NCBI GenBank assembly: GCA_010093815.1
Contig: ML996568.1
Direction: 5' to 3' (one strand)
DNA: 64,000 nt
DNA from: Pseudovirgaria hyperparasitica
Taxonomy: Eukaryota
The notes under the pieces were generated by a model. That model saw only the letters and a program-made list of their open reading frames with translations, did not search any database and had not been told where the DNA came from. Position numbers and translations under genes: made by a program. Shown here piece by piece: positions 48,447 to 59,729 of the stretch. The stretch's first letter is position 1; each line of letters opens with the position of its first letter.

Positions 48447-50027
48447 GACAACCGGTCCATCTTGTTCAGGGGATGTGGTTTCTGTTCTGTTTCGATGTCA
48501 GATTGCCAAGTTAGGAGATCTTCTTCACGGTGGGGAGATTAGGTCGCAATGCAGCAGCCTAGATACTTTTACAATATATCAAATATTTACGTTGGAATAG
48601 CATTCAGCACGGGCATTTTATGTGAATGAGTGAGAATGGTGACTCTGATTCGTATCTAGCATGGCCGGCGCAAGCATGCCAGACTTGAGTCTTGGGTATC
48701 AGCCGACCTGTGTCGTCAAAAGATGCTAAATGCATATGACGTTTGTCCCATCAGGATTCCACTGTGACATGTCTCGACAGACACAGTATGGAGGTGCTCA
48801 TAAGTTCATTGGATTGATCCGCTGATATATAACTTTAGCCCCTGAAAGTCATCAGATCATGGGTCATATCAGACATAATCGTACCAGAGGAAGACGCCGT
48901 GACCCCCAAAAGATCCTTCTCGTCACAATATCTCGTCTGTTCAACACCCTAACCAAACTGCCCAAACATAATGTCGAAGACAAAATTCAATCCCGTCCAC
49001 ATGTGCTTGAGGAGAGCTTTCGATGAGACTTCCATATTCCAGAACAGTAGCCCTTGAACAAGTGAAGACGTAAAGGATGATTCAATGGAAACAGGGATTC
49101 GCTTTGTCTGATCAATACTCTCCGCGCTCCTGGTGGTTTATTTACTTGATTGTGGAGAAGTACGAGATACGAATAAACACGCCGCTAGGGTGTCGATCAC
49201 TCGTCTAGAATCACGGGCCGCACTGGAACTAACCTGAACAAGACATGTGGGTGCTGTAACTCACTCCCTCCCTCCTCCCTCCAAGAAATTCTTCTTGCAC
49301 TGCTGCATTGCATCACATAACAGCAGTAAACGCACATACCAGCTGCGCGTTTAGATGACTTTTGCTTGGTCAGGCCACAACATATCCATCACCTCAGCTC
49401 TGCCCAATATTCACGCATCGACATCCCAGCGAATCCATGGATAAACATCAATTTCCCCCGCTGCCAAGCATATTCTATTTTCGGTGTCCAGGCCCCAAGA
49501 AAATCATATTAATACCCTCCGCTGACGTCGCTCTCTTCTTGGCACAGAACTCCCCACGGAACCCTTCTCGAACAGTCGGATCCTATAATTACTCCCCGTC
49601 TTCACTAGGCCCCACCCAGCACAGACATGTTTCATATGTAGATCTTTTTCTACTGAAATCGTTGTCAAACCTTAGACTCGGTCTCCGATAAAAAAAACAT
49701 GCAGGAACACATCCATCCATCAGGGGGAAAGTCAGGACCCTGTGCCTGTCATGCGTAAAATTGACCATCTGCGCAAGGCTGAACGAACTAGAGGGCTAAG
49801 CGTTTAAGCTCCGTGTGGCATGTGGCGAGACTGCTTAGTCCTCGAGACATGGACTTGGATGGTTGTTTGGCGTGCTACTTTGGGGAAGAGTGAGGTGCTA
49901 GGCTGACGTACGTCTGAGCGTGGGCTCCGTGGTTGAGCGGTTCGTCAGGGCGTCGGTAGGGCGATGGTAAGGAAGATGATGGCTTCGATGAGGATCCACG
50001 ACGACTGATATACCCGTCTGAATGGGA

Positions 50028-50034
50028 TATATAA
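50028..50034 (+). promoter_or_regulatory. TATA box of the hydrophobin gene
   Basis: TATATAA about 150 bp upstream of ATG 50179, followed by a CAA-rich leader. Confidence 0.55.
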
Positions 50035-50178
50035 GCTGCTCGACATCTCGTCCAGGTCAGTTTTTCATCACATCAACAATCACAATCTCAACTACAGTTC
50101 CAACATCAACACCACCACAACAACAACCCACCTACAACCAACCCAACAACCAACCAAACAAACAAACAACCAACCAAA

Positions 50179-50472
50179 ATGCAATTCTCCACCCTCGCAA
50201 CCATCCTCGCCACCACCACCACCCTCACCTCCGCCGCCGCCGTGCAAAAGCGCGTCACCCTCTGCAGCACCAAGACCCCCTCAGCCGTCTGCTGCACCTC
50301 GCCCACGTACGGCGACAGCACCGGCTGCAGCGGCCTCGACGCAACCAACGTCAACAGCCTCGACGACTTCATCGTCAAGTGCGCCGTCGACAGCTCTGCC
50401 ACGGCCCAGTGCTGCGCCTCGCTGGCCGACAACGGACAGGCCACCGACTGCGTGTTTGTTCCCCGGGACTAA
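50179..50472 (+). CDS. Class II-like hydrophobin
   Basis: Signal peptide, then KR, then eight cysteines in the pattern C-x8-CC-x10-C-x17-C-x9-CC-x11-C. Confidence 0.85.
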   Translation: MQFSTLATILATTTTLTSAAAVQKRVTLCSTKTPSAVCCTSPTYGDSTGCSGLDATNVNSLDDFIVKCAVDSSATAQCCASLADNGQATDCVFVPRD

Positions 50473-51130
50473 CTAACTAAGATGCGATTGATGGATCGGA
50501 ACCGACAATCTAGCTTGTCTTGTACGAATAGTTGGGGGGGCGGTGGTCATAAAGAGAATGAGGGTTTCGAGGTTTCGAGGTTGGTTGGGGGGGGTTTGTG
50601 AGAAGTGTGTACTTGGAACGGTCTTTGTACTTTTATCGTATGGCATTGCATTGTAACAAGGGAGTGGTTTCCTGTTGTCGAGTCCTCGTTGATCGATGGA
50701 TCGATGGGACATCTAGCACTCTGCATGTATTCATGACTGAATAGAACTGGTTTCTTCAGTCCTCTGCCTGGAATGTCTGTGAATCTGGTTTTCCCATTGC
50801 TCGAAATTCTGCAGATCAGTTCAGAACCTATAACAACAGCATGAATAGAGTATGAACGATACCACTACTGCCCAAGTACACTGGCCATTAACCTGCTAAC
50901 AGCAGTCTATCCACACACCGTCATCCCCACAGCCAAATATGACGTCTTCCCCGATCCAGAAATCCGGGGGGTGTGGTATGTGCATTGTGCATTACGCATG
51001 ACGTGTGCACCCAATCAATCGACCCGAGTCCGGACGAAACAGGCAACTACTTCGGACGTCGACTGTGCGACGTCGTGGCGAAAATTTCCGAGAAAACTAG
51101 CTCCGTATGGAGAAAAAAAATCTAGCTTTT

Positions 51131-51170
51131 CCTCCTCCTCCTCCTCCTCCTCCTCCTCCTCCTCCTCCTC
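51131..51170. repeat. (CCT)13 microsatellite
   Basis: Uninterrupted cct run. Confidence 0.9.
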
Positions 51171-53435
51171 TATACAAAGGCAAAGGGAAAATTTCGCGGG
51201 TCTAGGACCGATGCGTACCGGGTATAGAGACAGCAGTTCTCGGCCTTTTTATCTACTTGTACTGCGTGTCCGTTTCTAGAGTGCTGGGTAGAGGAGGAGT
51301 ACGTTGTGCAAGAACTCATTCATTATACGTGTGTGAGGGATGAAACTGCCATGAACATATCCTGTTCTGGGTGTAAAACAGCGAGTCTTCTGCGCATTCA
51401 ACGTAATGTGTACATATACAGGTGGAGTTACTGGGCCCGAAAAGCTCACTCGTCTCCTTTGGTTCACTGTGCTCCCGATGCAAACACGAACGGCCAATAG
51501 TGCTGGTCATTCAGTGGCACTCGAAACAGACAACTGCCACCATAGAGAGCCATAGAATTATTCTTACATGAGAATCACAAGCCCTAGAACCTTGTACTCC
51601 TTTGTTTATCGACACCGGAGCCAAGTAGTAGAACATCGGATACGCGAAATTGTGGAATCAATGCGAGTGTAGTACTCATATACTAGTAATCTACGGGGAA
51701 TGCCTTGCGAAGGCAGAGATTTACACTAGAGTAGGGTCAAGAACGTGAACACAGTTCACTTTCTACAACTGTAAGAAGCGAGTCCTGTATCAGGAGATTT
51801 ATGAGTGGTTAGGCAAGCCAATTCGCTCAAGTTAATTTCGCTCCCGGAGACCCAGCCAAGTATGAATATTAGTGTTGACTCGTCAAACCTACGTGGCTAG
51901 ATGAAGACTCGATTCGATATCTCTCCGTACGATCTGTCAACGACAAAGTGATAGTCAGGGTCTGCTTGTAAGCGGCGTCCGAATTCGTGGCAAAGGGTAA
52001 GAGGATATCCAGGCGTACACTCCACCTAAGAGACCTTATGGACGGCGATGATGACAGAGCATACGAAGTATACGATAGTGACACATTCTTCTGTCGTGAA
52101 CAGAATGCCGTGCTGGCGTAGTACGCACCGGTAGAGGCGCGCGGCTGAGGTGGTATTGGTATGGCAAAGGTCGGGAATGCGACCCAGTGAGAAGGTCACA
52201 GCCAGAACGGAGCCTGCACGTGGAGGTGCAAAGACGGACTAGAGGAGGTAGTTGTTCCGTCGTGAGAGGAGACACTGGTTCAATTGGCCTCGTACCGGCG
52301 ACCGGAGTATGCTTTGTTTGGCTATGCATGATGAACGAAGTTTCTCGCAACCGGAGCATCTGTGATGTGTCTGCATAAACTCGTCATGGGATGAGTGAGG
52401 TAAGGTCACATCTCCTAGCTGAATCCAGGGCCATGTAGCTGGAACAGGCTCTGTCGCCGATAATCTGTTCACAGAGATCCCTGGTTCCATTATAGGGGAG
52501 CATATTTCTGTGCCCAAGCCGACACCTGTCGGTCATCTTCGGCTGTGAACAAGTCTGCATGTTTCATGCAAAGCTTGCACAGCCCAGAAATATCTAAAAG
52601 AAGAGTGATTGAAGCAAGAGGGGAGGAACTCACTATCTTCACGGAGTTTGCCCAAGGAGTGACGCATGTAAAGACGCCTCTCGTCCCTCACACAACGTAA
52701 CGAAGCGAACAGTCGGCTAAACATAGCACTCACACCGCGTGAGTGGCATAGCGAGATCGTTGGTGTGACAGATGCTCGACAGAGGTGGGCACACAGAAAA
52801 GGTGCCTTGTCGGAAGGCTCTTCACGATCAGAGTGATGGTTATAAGGAGATGATATGAAGTGAAGCAGGTCGCACAGCACTTGTCAAATGGCAGTCAAGC
52901 GGGTCGCGCAGGCCAACGTGGTCGGACAGGTGCTACAGTCAAACAGTGGCTGTTGTGCGAGGCCAGGATGCTGACGCAGGGTACTGCTGTGGCAAGGCAG
53001 TGTCCTGAGAGAAGGGTTAGAAGGATTACTCGAGAGAGATAAGTGAAGACTTAATGGTGACAGTGTGAAGATGCGGTGAGGAAAGCGTTGACATATATGA
53101 CGATGAGAGATCTGAGAGGCGAAAGTTGGAAACGGTGAGAGCTGAGCGCAGAGTTGAGGGTTTGTTGACATGACTTTGTGTATCACCAACACTACAGAAG
53201 TGACGGAAAAAGGAGAGCACGTTCTGGAACAAGTAACTGGGAAGGCTGCAGATACATGCAGAGTTTTGGAGTCCTGATTGATTCATCGACTTGAGAATAT
53301 TCCTCGGAGCAAAGAATATGAGCAGGTTGTGTGAAGAAGTCAGAGTGAAATGATTCTGGATCCATGGATGTCCCTTGGAAGACCCGTGACGCCGCATGCT
53401 CGCGCCAAGTTTTGTCGCAAGCGGGCATGCATCTA

Positions 53436-53525
53436 GGGGTATTTGGGGGCATCTGGGGGGCATCTTGGGGGCATTTGGGGGGTATTTGGGGGGCAATCAG
53501 CGGGCATCAGCGGGCATCTGGGGGG
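53436..53525 (+). repeat. G-tract minisatellite, potential G-quadruplex
   Basis: Seven runs of 4-6 G, mostly separated by TATTT/CATCT/CATCTT/CATTT spacers. Confidence 0.8.
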
Positions 53526-54782
53526 CAGATCTCTCAAACTTCGTGCTGTGGACTGCCGCTTCGGCGACCATCATGCAGCAGATGCAGCAGTCGGCGACCT
53601 CGCATGGGCACAGCAGGCCTGACCAAGGGGCTGCATGCACCCTTGGAAATCCTCACTGTCAACAACAGTCAATAGTCAATAGTCAACAAATCTATCATTC
53701 CTGCTCGCGACCGATGAGCGACGAATGGGAATTCAGCGAGCAGTCAGACGAAATAAAGGACATCCTTGCGCCATCGCCCGTCATGTTTGGCCGCCCCCCC
53801 AAGTGGAGTGTGTTGTTGTGTCTAGAGGCCCCCGACGTGGCTAGACGACGCCCCAAAAGTCAGCCCTAATCGTCACCCATGGATGGTCCCATGCGAATTC
53901 CCTTCCATGTCGTGCTTCCATTGCTTTTGTTCTCCTGATTGATCATTTTTCACTTCGTTCCCTCTAGTCTTGCTGCGCGCCAATGTGAAGGCTGCTTAAG
54001 GTCCGCGCGCCTGTCATGTCCGATGGTGTGGACTCGTAACAACAGTATGCCGTCGTCCATGGTCTTTGTGTGTCGCGGTAAGCAAGCTGCTGCAATGCTT
54101 GACGACATGCCATCCATCCCCCCCTTATGCCTTTGTGACCATGTGCTGCGCGCCGTACAAATGTTTGGCCTTGGTACAGATGACTCTATCCACTTGCTGT
54201 CGTGGACATGGATACAGGACAGCAATCCCCAGATTGCACTGATCGCCGGCTTGCCCGCGCCTGAGACGGATGCTGTGAGGATAGAATAGAAGGCGCGATG
54301 GCTGCTGTTTGGCCTGTCTTCATCCATGTTCATTCCATCGGAAGGTTGTTGAATCCTCATCGCATTTCGCTGTCTACTAGCTATCCTCCTACCTTGTTGT
54401 AGCTTGTCTCGTGTCTGGCCTTCCTCAATTCATACTTCGCTCTCAGACAGATATACCCACTGGCTCAACCGTCCCCACTATCCCCCCCATCTAAACACCC
54501 GTATCAGCCGAACTCATCAACTTAGCTACCAGGCGTTCCACTGGTTGGAATATTCACTGGATCGTCTCTACCCGGCGCTGTTCCTTTCACCATTCATTAG
54601 CCTCTTTCCGTCATTTCCTGGCCGCGCCGACCCGCTCAGATCCTACTCCTCCGTTTACTCATCTCCCACCCGTCTCCGTTAAGATGTTGTCCTTGTGCAA
54701 CCTTGCTTTCGACAAGTCCCTCTCTTTCCTCATAGTTCACTTGCAGATCTTACTTTCTTCTGCTCCCTCGCATCCTTCTGGC

Positions 54783-55853
54783 ATGGGCGAGCTCTGGAGA
54801 ACAGCATTGTGCGGCACCGCTTTCGGTGCTGCCCTCACATATTCGGGCGTTTTCATACCTGAAGTTATCATGGCTCAGATGAAGTTCCAGAACTTTCATA
54901 TGATGAGAGTCTTCCTGACAGCAACTGCGAGTAGCGCGTAAGTGAGGATTCAGTTCTCCCATGTTCAATATCACTCACATGGTCCATGTAGAATCGTGCT
55001 ATCACTACCCCATTCTACCTCGAAACCCAACATTGCTGCACGTGGTCCAACACCATTGCCCGGACTCGGTCCATACGGAGGCAACATCCTCGGAGGTATT
55101 CTTGTAGGCTTCGGTATGACTCTGGCGGGTGCTTGTCCTGGAACCGTCTTCGTGCAAGTAGGCGCTGGGGTACCGTCAAGTCTGCTCGTCCTCGCCGGTT
55201 CTGCAATTGGAGGTATCTGTTATCAGGCTATATCTGGACCACTTCTAAAAAATTGCACATCCGAATCTTCACTGCCCCAGAGGTCAACAATCCCAGAGAT
55301 CTTGGCCTGTTCCAAGGAGACCGCAATCTTGACTTACATAACGCTTTGCTCAACGGTTGTATTCGGATCTAGCTTTCTCGAAAGTACGACGTTCGACCTT
55401 CCAAGCCCTGTTGTTAGTGGATTGGTGATTGGATGCGTGCAGTTCCTTTCTGTGGTTCTACGCGGACGGGCGCTCGGCGTTTCCGGTGTCTTTTCGGATA
55501 CAGGGAAATGGTTTTGGGATCTTGTCGAAGGCCATGACAAGCCGAGAAATGCACAGCATACCGACCGTCTTCATAACTACCCGACTCCAACCCAAACTTT
55601 TGCTACGGGCCTCATTCTAGGCAGTTTAGGCCTCTCAATATCAGCTGTAGCATCGCTGTCATCACCTACCCCTCTTTCTGTTTCCACACTTCGAGCAGTC
55701 TCAGGTGGCTTCTGCCTGGCTGTCGGCGCACTCATGGGTGGCGGCTGTACATCAGGACACGGTATCAGCGGGATGGCCATGCTGGGCATATCGAGTGTCA
55801 TATCCGTGGCTTCCATGTTTGCCGGTGGCATGGCACTGGCGCAGATATACTGA
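54783..55853 (+). CDS. YeeE/YedE-family (thio)sulfur compound transporter
   Basis: Intron 54938-54991. Motifs GTAFGAAL...AQMKFQNFHMMRVF, GGILVGFGMTLAGACPGT and GALMGGGCTSGHGISG. Confidence 0.88.
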
Positions 55854-57010
55854 TCGTACATGCCTGTGAGAACAGGGCTTACGTATAATGTGGTTCCGGC
55901 GGCTTCGTTTTTCGGGAACTGGTTTTGTCAGCGACTACTTGATGATCCACACGAATTCAGTAAGATACCAGGAGGGAGATTGAAGACTTTGGAGCGGGCA
56001 GAAAGGGGCACACTAATGCCAATAGTATGCATATAATCATACCCGTATATATACTTCTTGGATACCCAAATAGATTCGTCGAGTTCAAGTACTCTTCCAG
56101 TCTGTGTGATCAAGACTTGAACGCTATGACTCGTAGTTAAGAGCATCGACAAGGCTCAACTAAGAATGAGCCAAATCTCAAAGAAAGATGAATTAGTTCA
56201 TTCTCTGCAAGAGGTCAACCTTACAGAGTGATTGAATGGCGCACTCTAGCTCGTAAGAAGAAGTGCAGGGTATCAAAGAGCTTGACACCACCACAAATTT
56301 CCGCTTAGAAACAGTCACGGCAGGCGCAGTTAATCACGGGACCTCGCGTGTCACGACCGACCGCGTGGTAAGGTAAAAACTCACTTCTCTATTCTTGGCA
56401 GGTACGCACGTCGGATGCATCGTAGACGGCCCGTGCAACTTGTACACCCAACGAACACCATCCGGATTGATATTGAATTAAGCCACGATTTCTTTCAGCC
56501 TTCCAGACCTAGTATACCACACGCACAAGCTGTAACAATCATCACGAATCATCAACAGGGAGTTAAGTAAACTCATCACGTAATCATTATCCTAGTATGT
56601 CGACATGATTACCACCACCATCATAATCACCACAGCCAAGTTTGATATACCCCCCCCAAAAGCGCCACCAGTTAACATGTTTAATTCGCCAAGTTCAATT
56701 CCCCCCAGAACAGGCGCTCGCGTAGGACCTCTAGTCTTGTTCAGAATATGCAACAAGATCGAGGGTATCCATAATGATGACAAGGAAAAAAGCGTTCGTA
56801 TCCAAATAAAGTCCAGTGACTGACAGACTGTATAACAATGTAGAAATGGGTTGGCCTTTGCATGCGTCTAAAAGCAAAACAATCGCTCTAGATGATGAAG
56901 GCCTTCATGATGGCCTTATGCAGTAGAATTCAAAGCGCGTTGGGTGTAATTAACCATCTGCCATGCATTAGCGACGACTCCTGACGGGAATTGCATGTGC
57001 GCATATATCC

Positions 57011-59425
57011 CTAGGAAGAATTTTCCGGCACAACTTGGATTTCGGGCTTGGCTCCGAGTGGTTCAATCTTCGTCACTCCGGCCTGTCCAGACGTGTCTTT
57101 GGTTTCTGACTTGACTTCAAGTTCTGACTTGGCTTCAGATTCTGACTTGGGTTCGGGCTCTGACTTGACTTCAGGCTCTGACTTGGCTTCAAGCTCTGAC
57201 TTGGCTTCAGGCTCTGACTTGACTTCAGGCTCTGATTTGACTACAGGTTCCGACTTGGCTTCGGGTTCCGGCTTGGCATCCGAGACTGGTTTGGATACTG
57301 GCTTCGATTCTACTCCGACATCCTGTGATCAATTAGCGCCTACCCTGGAGAACATAGCAAAGACACAAAGCTTACCTGAGGAGCAGCGGCGAGAACCTCT
57401 GGGGTAGCTTGATCTGCGAACTTTTGGAAGTTCTCAACGAAGAGCTTGCCAAGCTTGGTGACCTCCTCCTTGAAATCAGTAGTACCGACCCAGCCCTTGG
57501 CGGGATTCAGAAGCTCGTCCGGAACGTTGGGGCATGTCTTTGGCACAGAGAGGTTGAAGGTCTCGTACGTCTCGTATTCCTGCTTAGCCAGCTCGCCGTT
57601 GTGGATAGCATCGAGGATAGCACGAGTGTATTTGAGAGGACAACGCTTGCCACCAGTAGCAGCACCAGCACCGACCCAGCCAGTGTTGAGCAACCACGCA
57701 TCAGCCTTGTGCTCAGTGATCTTGTCTGCCAACATCTTGGCATACCGCATGGGATGGAGCGCAAGGAAGGGTTGAGCGAAGCAGGAGGAAAAGGTTGCTT
57801 GAGGTTCCGTAACTCCTTCTTCCGTACCGGCCATCTTGGAGGTATATCCGGAAATGAAATGGTACATAACCTGCTCACGGTTGAGCTTGGAGATAGGTGG
57901 AAGGACACCTCGAGCGTCGCAAGTGAGCAGCACAATGTTAGTTGGGTGGTTGTCGCTGATGCAAGGAATCTTAGCGTTGTCGATGAACTCAATTGGGTAT
58001 GCGCAACGGGTGTTCTCTGTGAGAGCATCGTCGTCGTAGTCGACAACACGGCTTGTGGGGTCAAACACACAGTTCTCGAGAATGGCACCGAACTTGATGG
58101 AGTTGAAGATATCGGGTTCTTTCTCAGCGGACAGACCAATACACTTGGCGTAACAGCCACCTTCGATGTTGAAGACACCAGTATCACTCCAACAATGCTC
58201 GTCGTCACCAATCAGCATGCGCTTGGGATCAGCGGATAGTGTAGTCTTGCCAGTACCAGAAAGACCGAAGAAAACGGTAACGTCTCCGTCCTTGCCCTGG
58301 TTGGCAGAAGAGTGGAGAGTCAAGACGTTGTGCTTAACAGGCATCTCGTAGAAGAGAACAGTGAAAATACCCTTCTTCATCTCTCCGGCGTACTCAGTAC
58401 CAAGGATGACCATCTCCTTCTCGGCGAAATTGATGGCAACAGAGGTTGCTGAAGTCATACCAAGGGTATATCTGTTTGCCGGGAAGGCACCGGCGTTGTA
58501 GATGACATAGTCAGGGTGGAAGTGCTCGAGTTCCTCAGGTTTCGGACGGATAAGCATGTTGCGCATGAAGAGAGCATGGTAGGCACGAGCAGCCACGACA
58601 CGGACCTTGATCCGGTAGCGTGGATCCCATCCGGCGAAACCATCGATAACGTAGATACGGGAACGAGTGTTGAGGTAGTCGACGGCACGTTCACGATTGA
58701 TCTTCCAGACCTGTAGAAATGGGATGTCAGCACGTGATACATCCAACTAAACCTCCAACCGCCAAGAAGGCCCGGCCGGAGCTGGGGGGGTAGACCGGCA
58801 GCCCCGCAGCAGCCCACAAGCCACGCGGGCCAGAGCAGAGACGCCAATCAGTCATATGCAGTGACTGGGATAGCGCCCTCGGTATCGGCAACAAAACACC
58901 TGCATGACGTCTGGCTGGTGGTGCGCGTTTCCTGCCACAGCTCTTGCTCCGCCTCTGACCACGCGACATGATCAATTGATTGCACTTACATCTGGAGAAA
59001 TTGGCTTATTTACGGGTCCCCACCAAACATCGTCTTTAGATGTGGCTTCCTCGACAATACGTTTGTCCGATGGTGATCGTCCGGTCTTCGCGCCAGAATA
59101 TGCGGATAGAGCTCCGGTAGACGTGATGGCGGAACCGGTTTCGTAGACAAGTGCGTCTTCGTAGAGAGCAGATACGGCAGGATTTGCGACCTGGAGTTGC
59201 AGTAAGCATTATGTGGTGCAGCATTGGAAGGTTGGGTAGCGTACAATCTTGACGTGATCGTAGTCAATGTGAGCCTTTTCGTGAAGCTCCTCTTCTATTT
59301 CAGTGTGCTCATGGTGAGGCCTGTGCATCTACCGTCAGCCTTGGAGAGAGGAATTGGAGATGGTGAAGGTCATACTGGATACCGTGCGGGTGAAGGGCGG
59401 TCTTGTTAACGTTTTGTGACAACAT
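57011..59425 (-). CDS. PCK1: Phosphoenolpyruvate carboxykinase (ATP), 5 exons
   Basis: [42 protein letters not shown]-loop [31 protein letters not shown]. Introns include 58989-58711 and 57375-57323. The last exon 57322-57011 is in frame. Confidence 0.96.
57104..57278 (-). repeat. 18-bp coding minisatellite (about 10 units) encoding (A/V/P)K(S/P)E(P/L/S)E
   Basis: Unit close to gccaagtcagagcctgaa on the minus strand, inside the predicted last exon of PCK1. Confidence 0.9.
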
Positions 59426-59716
59426 TGTAATGGTTGATTCAGGGTGAAAGGTGGCGTTTCGAAAGAATTCAAGATCAAAGGGACGGTGTTGATTTTGGGA
59501 GGAGTGGAGAGTGGAGAACGGGTGAAGCAAACGGGAAGAAGGATAGCAATTAGAAACGACGATGAGGGGACCGAGGGCCTTTAAAGGTTGAGCGATTTTC
59601 GAATAGCTCGGTATGATGAGTTTGGAGAAGAGGTAGTATCCACTAATAGATCGGGACAGCCATCGGCGAGGCGTATGCTGCTGGATGATGTTTAGACGTG
59701 GATGTGATAGAACTGG

Positions 59717-59729
59717 CCGGTTTGCCCCG
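59717..59729. promoter_or_regulatory. CCG-N7-CCG site (AcuK/AcuM gluconeogenic activator consensus)
   Basis: CCGgtttgccCCG about 290 bp upstream of the PCK1 ATG. This is the motif described for A. nidulans acuF. Confidence 0.6.

Noticed and set aside
52327..52422. ATGATGA...CTGA spacing resembling a C/D box snoRNA
   Set aside because: No terminal stem and no rRNA-complementary guide that I could recognise.
57048..57407. Plus-strand ORF with [12 protein letters not shown] repeats resembling an ice-nucleation or antifreeze repeat
   Set aside because: It is the antisense reading of the PCK1 last exon, has a TTG start, and the minus-strand splice signals explain the repeat.
57409..58239. 276-aa plus-strand ORF and similar long ORFs opposite BCKDHA, calpain and MEU1
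   Set aside because: These are antisense shadows of strongly codon-biased genes.
58711..58989. TPP riboswitch or C/D snoRNA in the PCK1 intron
   Set aside because: There is no CUGAGA / GAUNNNGNUAAU aptamer core and no RUGAUGA C box.
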